The translations under genes and the position numbers were made by a program. The notes beneath the pieces were generated by a model. The model was not told where the DNA came from. It saw only the letters and a program-made list of their open reading frames with translations, and did not search any database. 43,252 bases of DNA from Catajapyx aquilonaris (lineage: Eukaryota), in assembly GCA_000934665.2 (NCBI GenBank), contig JYFJ02003341.1, forward strand, positions 1-43,252, written 5' to 3'. Shown piece after piece: positions 1 to 13,700 of the stretch. Each line of letters starts with the position of its first letter. The first letter of the stretch is position 1.

Positions 1-1037
1 GCGACCCCGTGTTCTTTCGATGGCACAAGTTCATCGATGATATCTTCCAGGAGCATAAGGTCCTCCTCCCGCCGTACACGACCGAACAGGTACGTCCATA
101 ACAACGCAAGGTTGTGACTCACCTAACAGTATTTTCGTCACAGTTGGGTTTCCCTGACATCGAAGTGACATCGGTCGAGGTTCTGACAGTGAATCGTCCT
201 AAGAACTGTATGGTCACATTCTGGGAACAGCGTGACATGGACCTGACACGAGGGTTGGACCTTCGTCCTCTGGGTCGTTCCGGGTCAGTCATTGTCCGAT
301 TCTCTCACCTGCAACACGAGCCGTTTGTGTACCGGATCAACGTGCAAAACAAAGGTGCAGATGTTCTGAAAGGAACGGTACGGATCTTCATGGCCATACA
401 ACGGTCAGAGACGGGACAGAAGTTCCGTCTGCAGGATCAACGGTTGATGTTCATGGAGATGGACAAGTTCCAGCATACACGTAAGGAGTTTGACGTACTC
501 GTACATACAGTGTTCCTCGACTTACATTCCTGTACGCAACATTACAGTGCAGCCTGGTGACAATGAGATCATCCGTCGCTCGGACGAGTCCTCGGTGACC
601 ATACCGTTTGGAAGGACCTTCCGAGATTTGCTGACAAAGCCGTCTGATGGTGCATCGGACCAATACTGTGGATGCGGATGGCCTGACCACCTCTTGGTCT
701 CGATTGGGTCTCTCAGCGGCATGGCCTTTGACCTGTGTGTCATGGTCACTGATTTCCGGGAGGATCAGGTAGTGCATGACTAGTGAGCTGCTATCACTAG
801 ACTAAATCTATGATATCGTAGGTTCAACTACGGCATGGTTGTGGAGGCAAATCTTGTTCGTCCACCAGTTACTGCGGACTACGTGATGACAAGTACCCTG
901 ATAAGAAGCCGATGGGATTTCCGTTTGATCGTCTTCCTCTTCAGGGAATCAGCACCATTGAAGACTACAAGTTGGGAAATATGCATGTTACCGAAGTTAC
1001 TGTACAGCATGAAGATCGAACTGTCTATCACCAATAA
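1..1037 (+). CDS. PPO: Prophenoloxidase / hemocyanin-family gene, 3' part (4 exons; 5' end outside the window)
   Basis: Exons <1-89, 144-480, 548-768, 822-1037 join in frame at GT-AG introns. Peptides DPVFFRWHKFIDDIFQEHK (last CuB His), VRFSHLQHEPF, GTVRIF, EMDKF, IIRRSDESSVTIP, CGCGWPDHLL, YCGLRDDKYPDKKPMGFPFDR are typical of the family; GCGWP plus YCG favours PPO over hexamerin. Confidence 0.88.
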
Positions 1038-1330
1038 GTCATGTGGTGCCCAAATTTCTCTGTAGGGCCTATCTTATTGAGACATTAAAGATATTTTGAC
1101 CTCTCATGACCGGCGATACTGTTTATTCATTGTCGATAAGAGGGATAAACTTATAAGAAAATGTTGTTCCTCGCTGTCTATATCTGATGATAACAGGACT
1201 GCAACCCGGCTTAAGTATCTTGCAGATACTGTGTGTCCCTCACGTCAGTCACGTGACTTTGATTAGTGGTTTGCAATTGTTCAGAAAGTGCACATCTTGT
1301 AGAAGGAAACACCTCACAACAGATATTGCC

Positions 1331-3113
1331 ATGAGATTTTCAATTTGGAGCTGCATTTGCATCACTTGCGTCTCAGCAGGTAAGTGCACGTATGTTTCAT
1401 GTACAGTACACACCATGCACCTGTACATGATAATAACGTGACAAATGTTTAGACAGACTGTCAGAAGCAGAGCATGTATGGATACTCCGTCCAAACACTA
1501 AAGATGGATACTTGTTCTCTGATATGGCAACAACGTGGGTGGGAGCTAACCGTGACTGTGAGGCCAAAGGAGGAGACCTTCTGGTCATCAACTCGACTGA
1601 AGAACTGGTGAGGAGTCAATTACATAGTGTAAAATTCAAGTGATAATTGTAATTTCTCTCAACTCATAGCATTGGTTGAAAGAAACATTTAGAGAGGAAA
1701 TGAGGTGTACTTCTGACTGGTACGTTGGACTGTCTGACTGGCAACATGAAGGTGTCTGGCAGTGGGAGGACGGCAGCTTGATGAATGCTTCTGTCACGTG
1801 AGTATTGCTTTTCCTGCTAAGAACTTCATATTATAAGAATAACTGATTTGTTGTAGAAAATGGCACAAATCTGAGCCAAATAACGGAAGAGTTGAGGACA
1901 TTTGCGGCATGTATGTGAACTCAACTGGAAGCATCAGAGATGCCCCATGTAATGAGTCCCACTGTTATGTCTGTCGGGATGGTGAGTGGAACTACTGAAT
2001 ATTCTGTTTGTCAAATATGAATATTAATATTTGTTACCGGTACTACAGATATGAAGTCAGTGCCGATAGTGTGGGAATCATCACCATTGACCTGGTATAA
2101 GGCTTACTTAGACTGTGAGAAAAGAGGAATGCAGCTGTATTGGATCGTAACTAAAAAAGATATGGTAAGAATGATTTATTTCATTTTATTTCCGTTCAAC
2201 TGTGGTAAATATTCCAGAGAAACTTGTACTATACCGCACTGAGTGTGGACAACGCTCATTGCGACAAGTCCTGGACCGCTCTTCAGAGAGTTGGTTATAA
2301 ATGGACGTGGATCACAAATCCTCCTAACAAAATGGATCCAAGAGTGTCGTGAGTTATACTATCCCAATTTCAATAGTTGGCACTATTTTCAAATATGTTT
2401 CAGACCCTGGGAGAAGGGCAGACCAATGGAGGTGCCTGAAGAGGATTGTGGTGTGATCAGAAATGGACTTCTGAGTGATGTTCCCTGTGATAAGCAACTG
2501 CCATTTATCTGCAAGAAAACAACATTTCAATCCAGCTCTGAACCAGGTTGTGCAAATTGTCACCAACAAGTCAGTGATGGGCATTCGAGTCTGGGATTGG
2601 TCCCCACTCACACTCACACTCATGCACTGACCTTTTGCAGACGAATCGGTGATTCAGCACATGTCTGATACCGGTGCACAAAAATATGAAGCAACGGAAG
2701 AGATATCATGGGATCTGAAGATTACGACCACTGAAACACCACCAGGAGGGAAGAGCACTATCGGTCAGAGTTCTGGAAACTCAAACAGCAATGGGCTATC
2801 AATTGCTGTAGTCTTTATTATTGTTTTGCTAGTAGCAATATTGGTCATCCTCGTTGGCTTCATGATTTTCTTGGTAAGTGTCTTAGCTGATAGCGCTTTA
2901 TACGTCAACACACTATGAAGTAGCTGAGAGTATGATGATGATGATATCCAACAGGCACGTTACTGGCAGCTCATTAAGAGTTTAATTGTCGCAAATCCGC
3001 CTAATGATCAAAGGAATGTTATCAGTGATAATAATGAGACTCACCCAAGACTAGAAGAAAGACGTCACTTGATGAGAAATGGAGAGCAGCAAAATAAGGA
3101 GAACATTGACTGA
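1331..3113 (+). CDS. Transmembrane C-type lectin 1 (signal peptide, 2 CTLDs, TM, tail)
   Basis: Nine phase-compatible exons: MRFSIWSCICITCVSA; TWVGANRDCEAKGGDLLVINSTEE; WYVGLSDWQHEGVWQWEDG; WHKSEPNNG...RDAPCNESHCYVC; second CTLD ...DCGVIRNGLLSDVPCDKQLPFICK; TM IAVVFIIVLLVAILVILVGFMIFL; stop 3111-3113 with AATAAA just after. Confidence 0.88.
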
Positions 3114-3971
3114 CTGGGAATAAATAGGCTACGTGCATTTTCAGGAGCTTACGCATATTGTAGTAAGCACCTTACCTGTAACCTGAACTGTAATCGTAAA
3201 AACAAGTCACGCCACTTGAAATAAAATTGGGCACCAAAAACCTATAGGTATAATTGCCTAAAGCATGTCTCTAAGTGATTATAATATTGCTCTTTCAGAA
3301 CAGCCTATTGAGTTGATCATCAGAAAATGCAAATGAAGGAATGTATTGCACAGAATGTCCCCTGTAGTTGTTTCAGACATTCGTTTGTCCTTTTGGTACC
3401 GTAATAAATATTACATGCAGATCTCTAATGACCAATGTTGTGTGTATATGAGCACTGATTTATTCGGATTGTGTGATTTTTCAAGCATCAGTATTACCAG
3501 TTATTAGCTCTTGGCATTACAGATTACATAGGCAGATATAAACTTACTGTATTTTTTGCGATTACCTTGACGTGCTTTATTGGAATGTCGGAAAAATGGG
3601 GAGGTGTAGATGTCCGAGATGGTATACCGAGTGTTTGTTGCAAATAAGTTGCAAAAATCAATATTGATTAGGTACTTTGGATTATGAGTCACGCATTCAC
3701 CAACCTTATGTCCTCATTATTAACAACCCTCGTAATAAACAGCCAGATATCAAGTGCCATGGTTGCCTATTTACAATCAGCTTTATAACGACTGGTGAAT
3801 ATGTGAAAATAACTGCTTATCTGATAAACTGAATCATTATGTCCATCGTGCACCTTCTAATACATGTTTAAGTTGCGATAAAATGATAAGTACGTGCAAC
3901 ACCTTTCTCGCCTCTAAGAACGCCTTGCATTAGGAACCATATTTCTGGATATGACTACGACGTATAAGCCA

Positions 3972-5749
3972 ATGGTAACACACCTATTGCTATTTTCAAT
4001 GGCATCATTCTACATTCTACGTCTACAAGAACATTGTGCCTGTCGCAGGGGTCTCGTGGTCTACTAGGATATTAACACTTGAAAATGTTACCGCTCAACC
4101 GACTCGATTCATACGTTGTTTTGGCTCTAGTCATCGGACAAATTGAAGATAAAGGATGTGTCGAGTGCATCGCAGATGTATGGAAATTTCGGCCTGAATC
4201 TTCTGAGCAATACTTGTTCAGCAGCCTGATATTGCAATGGGCAGATGCATTCGAATATTGCCAGGATCGACAAAGCGACCTACTGGTCATACATTCTGAC
4301 CATGAGGAGGTTAGTCGATATAGAAATAGATTATCACTCAATATGTTGATAAAGACACTTAGAAGTCCTCATCCAGGAGTGGCTTGAGACATGGCTGAAA
4401 CAAGAAAGCTCCTCACTGACCTGGTGGATTGGACTGACTCACAACAAGAGAGAAGCACTTTGGAAATGGATAGACGGCAGCCTTCTGGACACAAACATAA
4501 GGTACGGTTGTGTATACATGCACAGATGCAATAAGCGGCAATAAATTCCTCGAAATAATTGAAAAATATCTTCTCACAGCAATTGGCAGCAATTAGAACC
4601 GGACGATGGGGTTGTGGAGAATATTTGCGTCCAATATGTCAAAGGAAGCAAGAAATTAAAAGATGGAAACTGCAAAGAGCGAAATTGTTTTGCATGCTAT
4701 TCTGGTAAGGCTGCATTTTGGTTTTTGAAACGGTCCAACACACAGCCATTTTTTTATCATCGTCTAGGGCCCGATGCACTACGCTCACTGCCTGTACCGT
4801 TCACCTTCACTTCATTGGAGTTATACAATGAAAGAATGGAATGGAGAAAAGCGTACACCACGTGCAGGGAGCGAGGTTGGTCCCTTGTAACAATCAGCTC
4901 TTGGTTGGCAAAGGTGGGTTGTAGCTAGATTAATGTTACAAGTGCTGTAACACATTACGGTCCTACATAAACAGGGAGTTATGGACTATTACATTCTTTA
5001 TGACGAGAGTGACTGCGACACATGGTGGCTGGGCAATAAGGGAGTAGAGGCAACAACCGAGTGGACTTGGGTTGAATACGACGAGCAATTGTAAGTAACG
5101 CCATTGTTGTATGTATTAATGTATAAGGTCGAGTGATGCAACAATGTCATCCAATTACAGAGATGAGTCGACAATGCCAAGCATTGCAGAAGAATGCGCT
5201 GGGATACAGAACGGATTCCTTTCGGATCACGCATGCAGTGAAAGGCTTCCTTTCATTTGCAAACGAAGAATGAATTCTGGAATATCTTTGGGTACGTAGC
5301 ATATTGTAGACCCATAATTGCGCTAAAGAATGATCGAAATTTTGTCCCAAATCTTGAGTTGATCAACAATAAGAATATGTCCAAAAAGTTACAAATCTAT
5401 GCAACATAAAACACTTTTGTCCGAAAGCTTGGCTTATATCACGTAATAAATTGATCAATGTTGAAAATACAATATCTTGCTCTCATGCAGATATCTGGAG
5501 CATTCAAATGGGTTACAATTACCTGATAGTTCTACCGATTCTGGCAGTAATTCTCATCTTACTTGCTGCCATGGCTACAGGTCTTCTGGTATGTGTTATT
5601 ATACTTGTAATTACAATGATCTGTTTACTTAAAACAGTTTTATAGACACTGGGGAATTCAAAAGCTTCATTTGTTTCACTTTGCAGGACACATTCAACAA
5701 AGCGAGAGGTCTGGATTCAGGAAAAGAAAGAAAGATGTCTTATGCTTGA
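3972..5749 (+). CDS. Transmembrane C-type lectin 2 (2 CTLDs, TM)
   Basis: Exons encode WADAFEYCQDRQSDLLVI, WWIGLTHNKREALWKWIDG, WQQLEPDDG...NCFAC, DALRSLPVPF...WRKAYTTCRERGWSLV, YYILYDESDC, ECAGIQNGFLSDHACSERLPFICK, TM LIVLPILAVILILLAAMATGLL. First and last exon boundaries are uncertain. Confidence 0.83.
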
Positions 5750-6160
5750 GGATTTTCAAATAAAATGCTGTCATAACATGAAACATGCTTTTGTTGCTGG
5801 GATATTATCGATTTATTGGAAAACCGGGAGTGACCAGTTACCAAAAGGTGACAATGAAACCTATATATTTTGGTCACGCTGAATCCGAATCCAAGAACCG
5901 TTTGTCGCTATCTCTTGCGGTTTTAATAGTATAGCCTGCATGTTCACTAACGGACACATCTGCTCTTTTTTTGCTGAAAAAACGCATAATCCACCATAAC
6001 ACCTGCTATTTCCATATCTAATCGTCGCGGCGATTATAGGGAGTATATAATAGTCTGTTCAAAAAGTTGAAGTCAGTTACTACGCAAGCACCGCTCAAAA
6101 GGGCAAGTCTGTTATTTTCATTTTTGGAATCTTATTTATAACAATTCGATTTTGTCATTT

Positions 6161-6785
6161 GAATCGCAAATTTGAAAAAAATGGGGTAAGTTACAGTAAC
6201 TAAACTTTTCAGGAAGCATGAACCCCAGAACCCTATGTGTTATGTGGAATTTTACTGAGAAGACAACATACCCATCTCAAAAAGATCAGTGTTTTTTATT
6301 TTTTTTATTTAGGAAACTCAATAACAGTTGCCAAAGAAAACAAGAGTAAGATCAAGGGGTTAGCAACTCCCTGGAACCTGGTGGAACCCCCCGGTTCCAG
6401 GATCTGGTGTACACATTCTTGGGGAGTTGCTAACCCCTTGAGTAGTTGAGTAAAACTGACTGGTTCAGGGTCGTACTGGAGTATATGCTGCATGTACAGC
6501 AATTTCTGCTCTAGAATTGGCACAAAACTCCATATACAGGGTGACAACAAAGGTCTGGACACATAGGTAATATAATTTTTGTATTGTTGGCTGACAATAC
6601 ATTACCGATGTGTCCAGACCTTACGAGTCATCCTGTAGTCTCAATTGTTCGTCTGACTTGCACAATTCTTGCACGTTTTCATGTGTCATAGCCCATAGCC
6701 ATAGGGTGGAGAATCATATGGTAGCCTACGAATAACTCATAATCGCCAAAATCGTGACTTACCCCGTTTGACAAATTTGCGATTC
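6161..6785. mobile_element. Inverted-repeat-bounded non-autonomous element relic
   Basis: gaatcgcaaatttg...ggggtaagttac near 6161-6194 is mirrored by gtgacttaccccg...caaatttgcgattc near 6754-6785; contains an internal IR (tcaaggggttagcaactccc / gggagttgctaaccccttga, ~6351-6440). Confidence 0.5.
6537..6635. mobile_element. ~100 bp Tc1/mariner-type MITE
   Basis: TA-cagggtgac...aaggtctggacacat...atgtgtccagacctt...gtcatcctg-TA: imperfect ~35 bp TIRs and TA duplication. Confidence 0.7.
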
Positions 6786-7004
6786 TTAAATTGTGCAAAT
6801 TTAATTTAGTTTGTCAATCATCACTAATTGTATACAAGAATGGCAGGTCGTATTATTTTAGTTAGATTGCCATCACTATTCCAATATAATTATAATAGAG
6901 CCTATGTCATTAATATTGATGTGGCTACCGAAACATAGTCCAAAAATATTAAATTCATCGCTAGTTAACATTGATGAAAATAATGAATCCTCCAAACACA
7001 CAGC

Positions 7005-9443
7005 ATGAAAATAGAAGCACGAGGCGTCTTCTTCATCACCTTTGTGTTCATAACAGGTGAGTACTCTACGTACGCTACATTCTCATTTATGTAGCCTACC
7101 TGTAGTTTCAAACTGTCATGATTTATCTGATTTGAAGCTGTTGTATGATTGATTACGCCTGCAATTTCTCCGTCTACTTCTTTGAATTATAATAATAATT
7201 AGCCACATCTTGTATTGTGAGAGATGCATTTTCATGCACAGTACGTACAATAATTCTGAATCACACGGTACTGTACGGAAGCAGCAATTCATGCCAAGCG
7301 ACTTAACTGGTAAGCTCTGCGTTTCAGGATCTTCATATGCAAATGAGAATAGATGCGGAAACAAGTGGACAAAGCCCACAAACTCGAAGAAATATTACCT
7401 TACTTGTAACAAGCAAATGACATGGCTGGAAGCAAGGCACACTTGTCTTGATATGAATAGTGACCTGGTGACGAGTAACTCCTGGCAAGAGCAGGTAAGA
7501 CGAGTTATTTTCAGAATGATATTGACAGCCTCTTACAGTGACTCTAAAAGTTTGTCAGCATTATCCGGAAACACCTTGTATAATAAGCCTTACAGAATAA
7601 CAAGCATCTTTCTAAGAGTATTCAAAACATCTCTAAATTGCTATACGACCCGACTCTAGTTCATTGCCACGAATTATTTCACGAATTACAGTACATATCA
7701 ACCCCATTGTCATTTAAACAATAAGATGATTGTTACTGATTATATGTAAGATTAACTAACATGTGTTAATTATGTTATCAATAAGTAGGTGTAGGTGATA
7801 TACATGAACAATACAATACAATCTTCTATTTTCTCTCAAAACAATAATAACCTCAACATCATTATTTGTCACAGTACGCGTAACTCATTAGGGGTAACAT
7901 GGGGAAAGATCATCACACATTGCATTCTGCCCCTCTGGTCATTGACTGGATTTGATGCAGCATTCCGCAGTACGGGCGGCACTGATACATATTTAAAACA
8001 ATGGTGCCTGATTGTTATTTTGATAAATTTTCCTTTGAGGAATGGATGGCACGAATTCACGCAAAAAACCTAGAATCAACATCATGGTGGACAGGGTTGA
8101 TAAAAGGAACGAGAGGTGAATGGACATGGGTTGATGGAACCAGTTATAACTCCACCGTAAGGTTAGATTATTTTTTAAATGATTAACTTAACTGGCCTGT
8201 TTCTACATGTGATTTATTGCAGTCAGTGGGAAGAATGGGAACCAAGTGGAGGGAAACGCCAACAATGTGGATACTTAACCAGGCCAAGAGGATTTAAGCA
8301 AAGCGCATGTGACGACAAGATGTGTTTCTTCTGCCAATCTGGTTCGTGTGACAGTTATTACTCCTGAAATAATAATTATGTTATTATTATTGAACTTTGA
8401 GTCATAATGTTGTACCGTCATACCTTCATTTCAGGCCCCAATGCTTTGAAATCCCTGCCAGTCCCATTCAGTTACTCTTCCTTTGAGATTTACAGCGATA
8501 ATGTAACGTGGAAAGATGCGTACCGACAATGTCGCAAAAGAGGATGGACAATGGTCAGTGTGAGATCTTGGCAAGACAAGGTATACACACTGTGTGGATA
8601 GTTTAACATGTGTGTTTATCTCATATTATTTGCCACTCCATTTTCCGTCAGGGAGTAGTGAACTACTACCTGTTGCATGACTCAAGAAACAGCTGCTCAG
8701 GATGGTGGTTAGACCATCGAACTATCCCTGACACTTGGCTGTGGTCAAGCAATGTGACTGGGACCAACACAACGTAAGTAACTCCACAATTATTCCGAAA
8801 TGCAAAATTATCTTCATGGTTATTAATGGATCACCATGTTGTGATACAATCCATACAATGCACAGCCAGTGTAATAAGTATTTTGCAGAGTGACTTATGG
8901 CACTACTTTTGTTTGACAGGGAACTCGATACTAATGGAGGAGATGAGGAAAATTGTGTGGAAATGAGCAATGGACTGTTGAATGATGTATCCTGCATGAC
9001 GAAGCTTCCTTTTGCTTGCGAGAAAAGAACAGGCTTGCATACTGAGCCACCAAGGCACAAACACAGAGGTACTCATATGTTTACGTATTTTCATAGCCAG
9101 TAATTTTGTATTTACATAAGTCAAGTGTTACCAGTAGGCCTACCATTAATATTGTAACATTATTTTTTCTAGGTTTACAAGACAAATATGCTACATCAGG
9201 TAGTGAAATTGTGTCTCCTGTGTTGACAATCTCAATTTTGGTGTCTACAATGATGGTAAATTTCAAAACTTCTAGAATGTTAGCTTTCTGAATCACTACA
9301 TCAGAACAATGCTACTTTACTAGGAACAATAATAGAGTGCAAGCATTTTGTATTAGTCTCTGAACAGTTGTTCATTCAAAACCTGTGAATAGGTCATTTT
9401 TATGGAGTCTAGGCCCATCTTCCGATTTATCCGTGTTTTCTGA
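7005..9443 (+). CDS. Transmembrane C-type lectin 3 (2 CTLDs, TM)
   Basis: MKIEARGVFFITFVFITG; MTWLEARHTCLDMNSDLV; WWTGLIKGTRGEWTWVDG; WEEWEPSGG...MCFFC; NALKSLPVPF...WKDAYRQCRKRGW; ENCVEMSNGLLNDVSCMTKLPFACEK; TM IVSPVLTISILVSTMM|VIFM. Last exon uncertain. Confidence 0.83.
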
Positions 9444-10794
9444 TTATTCGGCAACACCCGTGCAGCCACTAGCCCAGATAATAGAGAGAGTACAATGTAA
9501 AATACTATGCCTCTATGTGTAGGTTTCTCAATGTGCAATTGTTGCAGAGAATATAATTAAAAAGATTTTTAAGTAGTCCACACAATATACCTAGTCAACC
9601 ACTAGCTTACGCTGTCTCGACTTACGTAAATCCGGTTATTCGCAAAAAAATCCACTGAATTTATAGAACAAACCGGGAACACAAAATGCTGCCAATGACT
9701 AGAAAACATGTTATGTGTTCTTAATTTTTGGATATTGTTCTCCTATTGGACATTGTCGCAGTACAGTATTATGTTTCACTTTTTGTAATGCAATTACTTT
9801 TTAATGAGCCATTTTTCACAGTATGCTATGGCTGGAAGAATGTAATTTTTAAAAATAAGATCTGTAAAACTTTATTTAATAAAATAATAATGTGCCAAGA
9901 TCTGCCCTTATTACAAATTGTCCAGTCAGAAACATGAATAAAAACACGTCTTCCCGCTCTTTTTCCCTTTGGTTCTATCTCCATCACCTATGTATATAGC
10001 TCATTACAGCTAGATAGCCTTAGTTGCTTTGACTCTTTGTTACACATACAAGCTTTCAAACAAGACTTCGGCGGAGTTATTTTGACAATTTGTTCGAGAC
10101 ACATATGCCATCATATATTGGGGTCAGTACTAAATAAAGTGAGGACATTGCAGCTGTCTCAAGTTACCCCGGAAGTCTAGGTAGTATATACACAGTACTG
10201 AACCTGATCCAGGTGTGTGACTGATATTCTTTGTCTTTCGAATCAAACAGATGAAGCAAGTCCACCTGGGGTGATTGTGCTTTCCCACACCTGCTCCATA
10301 CGGTACTTATCACTACACAAATCGAAACATTTCAAGGTGCACATTGTCAAACCGGGTCAATTCTGGGAAAATGCCAACACTTGCCAAAATTAGACACATG
10401 TTATTTCCTCCATTTTTAAAATCTCACAGCTGCAAAAAATATTGATGTAGTGGAAGCGAAGGAAAGTGAACAAAGTTCAAAATATTGCGAGTATATTTAT
10501 TGTTTTGGCAAAGTTGACCCATTCGGCCTCAGTTGCCTATGTGTAGGTGATGAGAACCTGACAGCAGTGTAACAACTATATTGCCATCGGCTATGCATGT
10601 AGGCAATGGCGATAATGACTCAACGTGGCTCATGGGCTGAAAAAACATGCTGGGATTTTCCCATTAGAGCAGAGCAAAAAAAAATGAGGTGTCACAATAT
10701 TGATCAGCAGTAAAAAAGAGAAAAGAATCACAATTTTCACACAACAATGTAATTGAGACACTTATGGTAGCATAATGAATTTATTCAACAAAGT

Positions 10795-13700
10795 TCAGCA
10801 TTTCAGAGGTGGTTGCTGGGTCAGAAGCAAGCCGAACTTTTTCTTCATGGTCAGCCGCTCACGAGAGTATTGATCCTGCGGGGAGAATCTAGCTGCAAAG
10901 CAAAAGAGATCATGGCAATAGTGGATGGTAAAACTCCTGTTGCGATCTACATGTCTTCGAAAAAGTTTCAGAATGTGGCAAAATTGCAACTATTTTCGAG
11001 ACACTGGAGAAAAAGAATATCGACCCACATCTCCCTCAGACCCTGGTGTTGCCTGTGATACCTGACTGGACTGCAGGTGGTATGCAGACTCTAAATTTTT
11101 CCCAGGGTTGTGAATCGAAAATAGTTGTTGGGATCTTATGTATCATATCAATACCCTTCCCTCTACAAAAATGCCACATGCTGTTTTGCGTCGTCGGACG
11201 CAAACCTTCCAGGACTTGTCCCCATCTAATCTGATGACGAGACTGGCAATCCAGGAGTTACAATCGGCAGCGAGAAAGACACCAATCCACTATTAACCCT
11301 TTGCCTTCTGCTCAATTATGCACGCTTAGGGTGGGGGTGTAAAAATAGCGCCCTAGGTGAAAATCACTGGATCTGGCGCCATTGGTTTCGCTCTCGATTC
11401 ATGCACAAGAGGGGGCTGAACATTGCGAGATCTACCAACCTATGCTGCATTTCGATAGAGTACATCAACAGCCTCATATACTATGCAGGAGAGGGTGGCG
11501 TCATCCTATTGCGACACCTAGGCGGGTTTTTTTAGGCGGCTTCCACCCGAGTGTAACAAGACCCTATGCTGAAATTTTAATGGTGGGTAGGGGACCCCGA
11601 AACAAAACATTTTTGACCAATGAACCCACCCTCCTTAAAAATCATCAAATTCACTTAAATCAATAACTGGTTAGTGCCTGTAGTAACAGTTATGTGGTTG
11701 CTGCTACTCTACAGTAGCGTTGTCATGGTAGTTTTGACAATTTAGTACAGTACTGTAAAAGGTCTTCACCACCACAAATCAATGAACACTGACATGAAAC
11801 CGACCACCACCTCTATTGCACCTCACACAAACCTGTAATCAAAGGAGCTGCTCAAAGTGTCCTCCAGCCACTTGTACGCACAGCCTACAAAGACGCACAA
11901 GAGATTCCTTAATCGATTGGAGCACCCCGGGAATACTCAACTTCAGGATATGTTGCGCTGCGCCATGGATTCGGGCCACCAAGTCCGTCTCCGATTCCAC
12001 TGGTGTGGCATACACGAGGTCCTCTAACCACCCCCAAAATCAGAAGTCCAGGGGATCTCGCAGGCCAGGCCATCGACCCCCCACAGCCTATCCACCTGCC
12101 TGGTAAGGTATCATTGAGATGGGCACGCATGGCAGAGCACAATCGTGCTGGAACCACATCTGTGTCCTGATGTGTGGTGGCACATTATCCAGTAATTCCG
12201 GAAGGACACCCTGCAGGAAAGCCAGATACATATCCTCATCAAGGCGAGATTGCAGCATGTATGGGCCGAGCAACTCATACTCCCACAATCCCAGCCCACA
12301 AATTGATGGCAAATCGGCACTGGTGCCCGTGGACATAGGTGCGATTAAGATTCTGGTGCTCCGGGATGTTCCTGTTGCTAAATGCATCTCACTACGTGCA
12401 CATTTCCACCCGCAGCCCCATACGCAAGGTGCATGTTCGCGAGTTCCCCCCATGTGAATCGCTGCATCTTGTCTGGCAAATGAATACATACTGTAACGTG
12501 GCCCAGTGGAGGGAAGGGATTGCAGGAATGGTACAATGTTCTTATCTCCGGTAGTAGAATTGGGCACAAGCAATGGGCACAACACTGAATTGTTTATTTT
12601 ACCAAGAGCTAAATTTTACTTATGTTTTTACTGACAATCACTTGTCAACACTTCCATGACAACGCTATTGTAGAGTAGCAGAAACCATATGACTGTTACT
12701 ACAGGCACTAACCAGTTATCGATTTGATGATTTTTTAAGAGGGTGGCTTCATTGGTCATAAATGATTGTTTTGGGGTCCCCTACCACCTTTAAAATTTCA
12801 GCATAGGGCCTTGTTACACCCTGCATATGATTGTCCATTCCCTCTGATGAATTATGAAACATTATAATGTCCATTTAAAATGATGTTATGTGATCTGCCA
12901 GGTGCAAAAATGGTGGCTCAGGTGGCAAGCAGGCACCGTCTAGAGCTCAAAGCAGTCCGCCCAGCCACTTAGGAGCGAAGTCACTTTCACGACTGCAATG
13001 GCGCCTGAGGAGTTTGACTACCATTCACAAATCGTTCTGATTTTTTCCCCGGCGAAAAGTAAGTTGCAGAATTTCGGGAATTTTAAAATGATTTTCAGCT
13101 GCACATCCCCTTACCGAGAAATATGCAGCAGGGAGCCGTGTGGATTTAAATTCATGCAGTGTTTGTTTACCTTTGGTATGTGACGTCATGCTTTTAAAAA
13201 TATCACATGAGAGGCAGTAAATACTCATGAACATAGACTTAAGCAACTCTTCTAGTTTCTACGGTGAAAGGAATTTCCTTCTGGGTTATACAGTGCTGGA
13301 CAAATTAGCCGTCGCTGAATGTTTTTTCTCCGGCGGCGGCGGCGGCGTTACCTGGCACCCCGTCCGGCGGGCCAATTCAAACATCAGCCCATGGAGAGCG
13401 CTTCCATTGTTGCCACTGTTTACAAATCGAGTGAGTGACCCCAAAATAACTTATTGCTTCTAACATCCTTATTTTCCCCGTTTTCTCCTGCATATCCCTG
13501 CAGATACTGTGTAAGCAGGCAGAAGAGACCCGTCGCTGGGTCATCCGCGTCACTCACTCGATTTGTAAACAGTGGCAACAATGGAAGCGCTCTCTATGGG
13601 CTGATGTTTGAATTGGCCCGCCGTACAGGGTTGCCAGGTGTCGCCGCCGGAAAAAAACATTCAGCGACGACTAATTTGTCCAGCACTGTACCATGGAATT

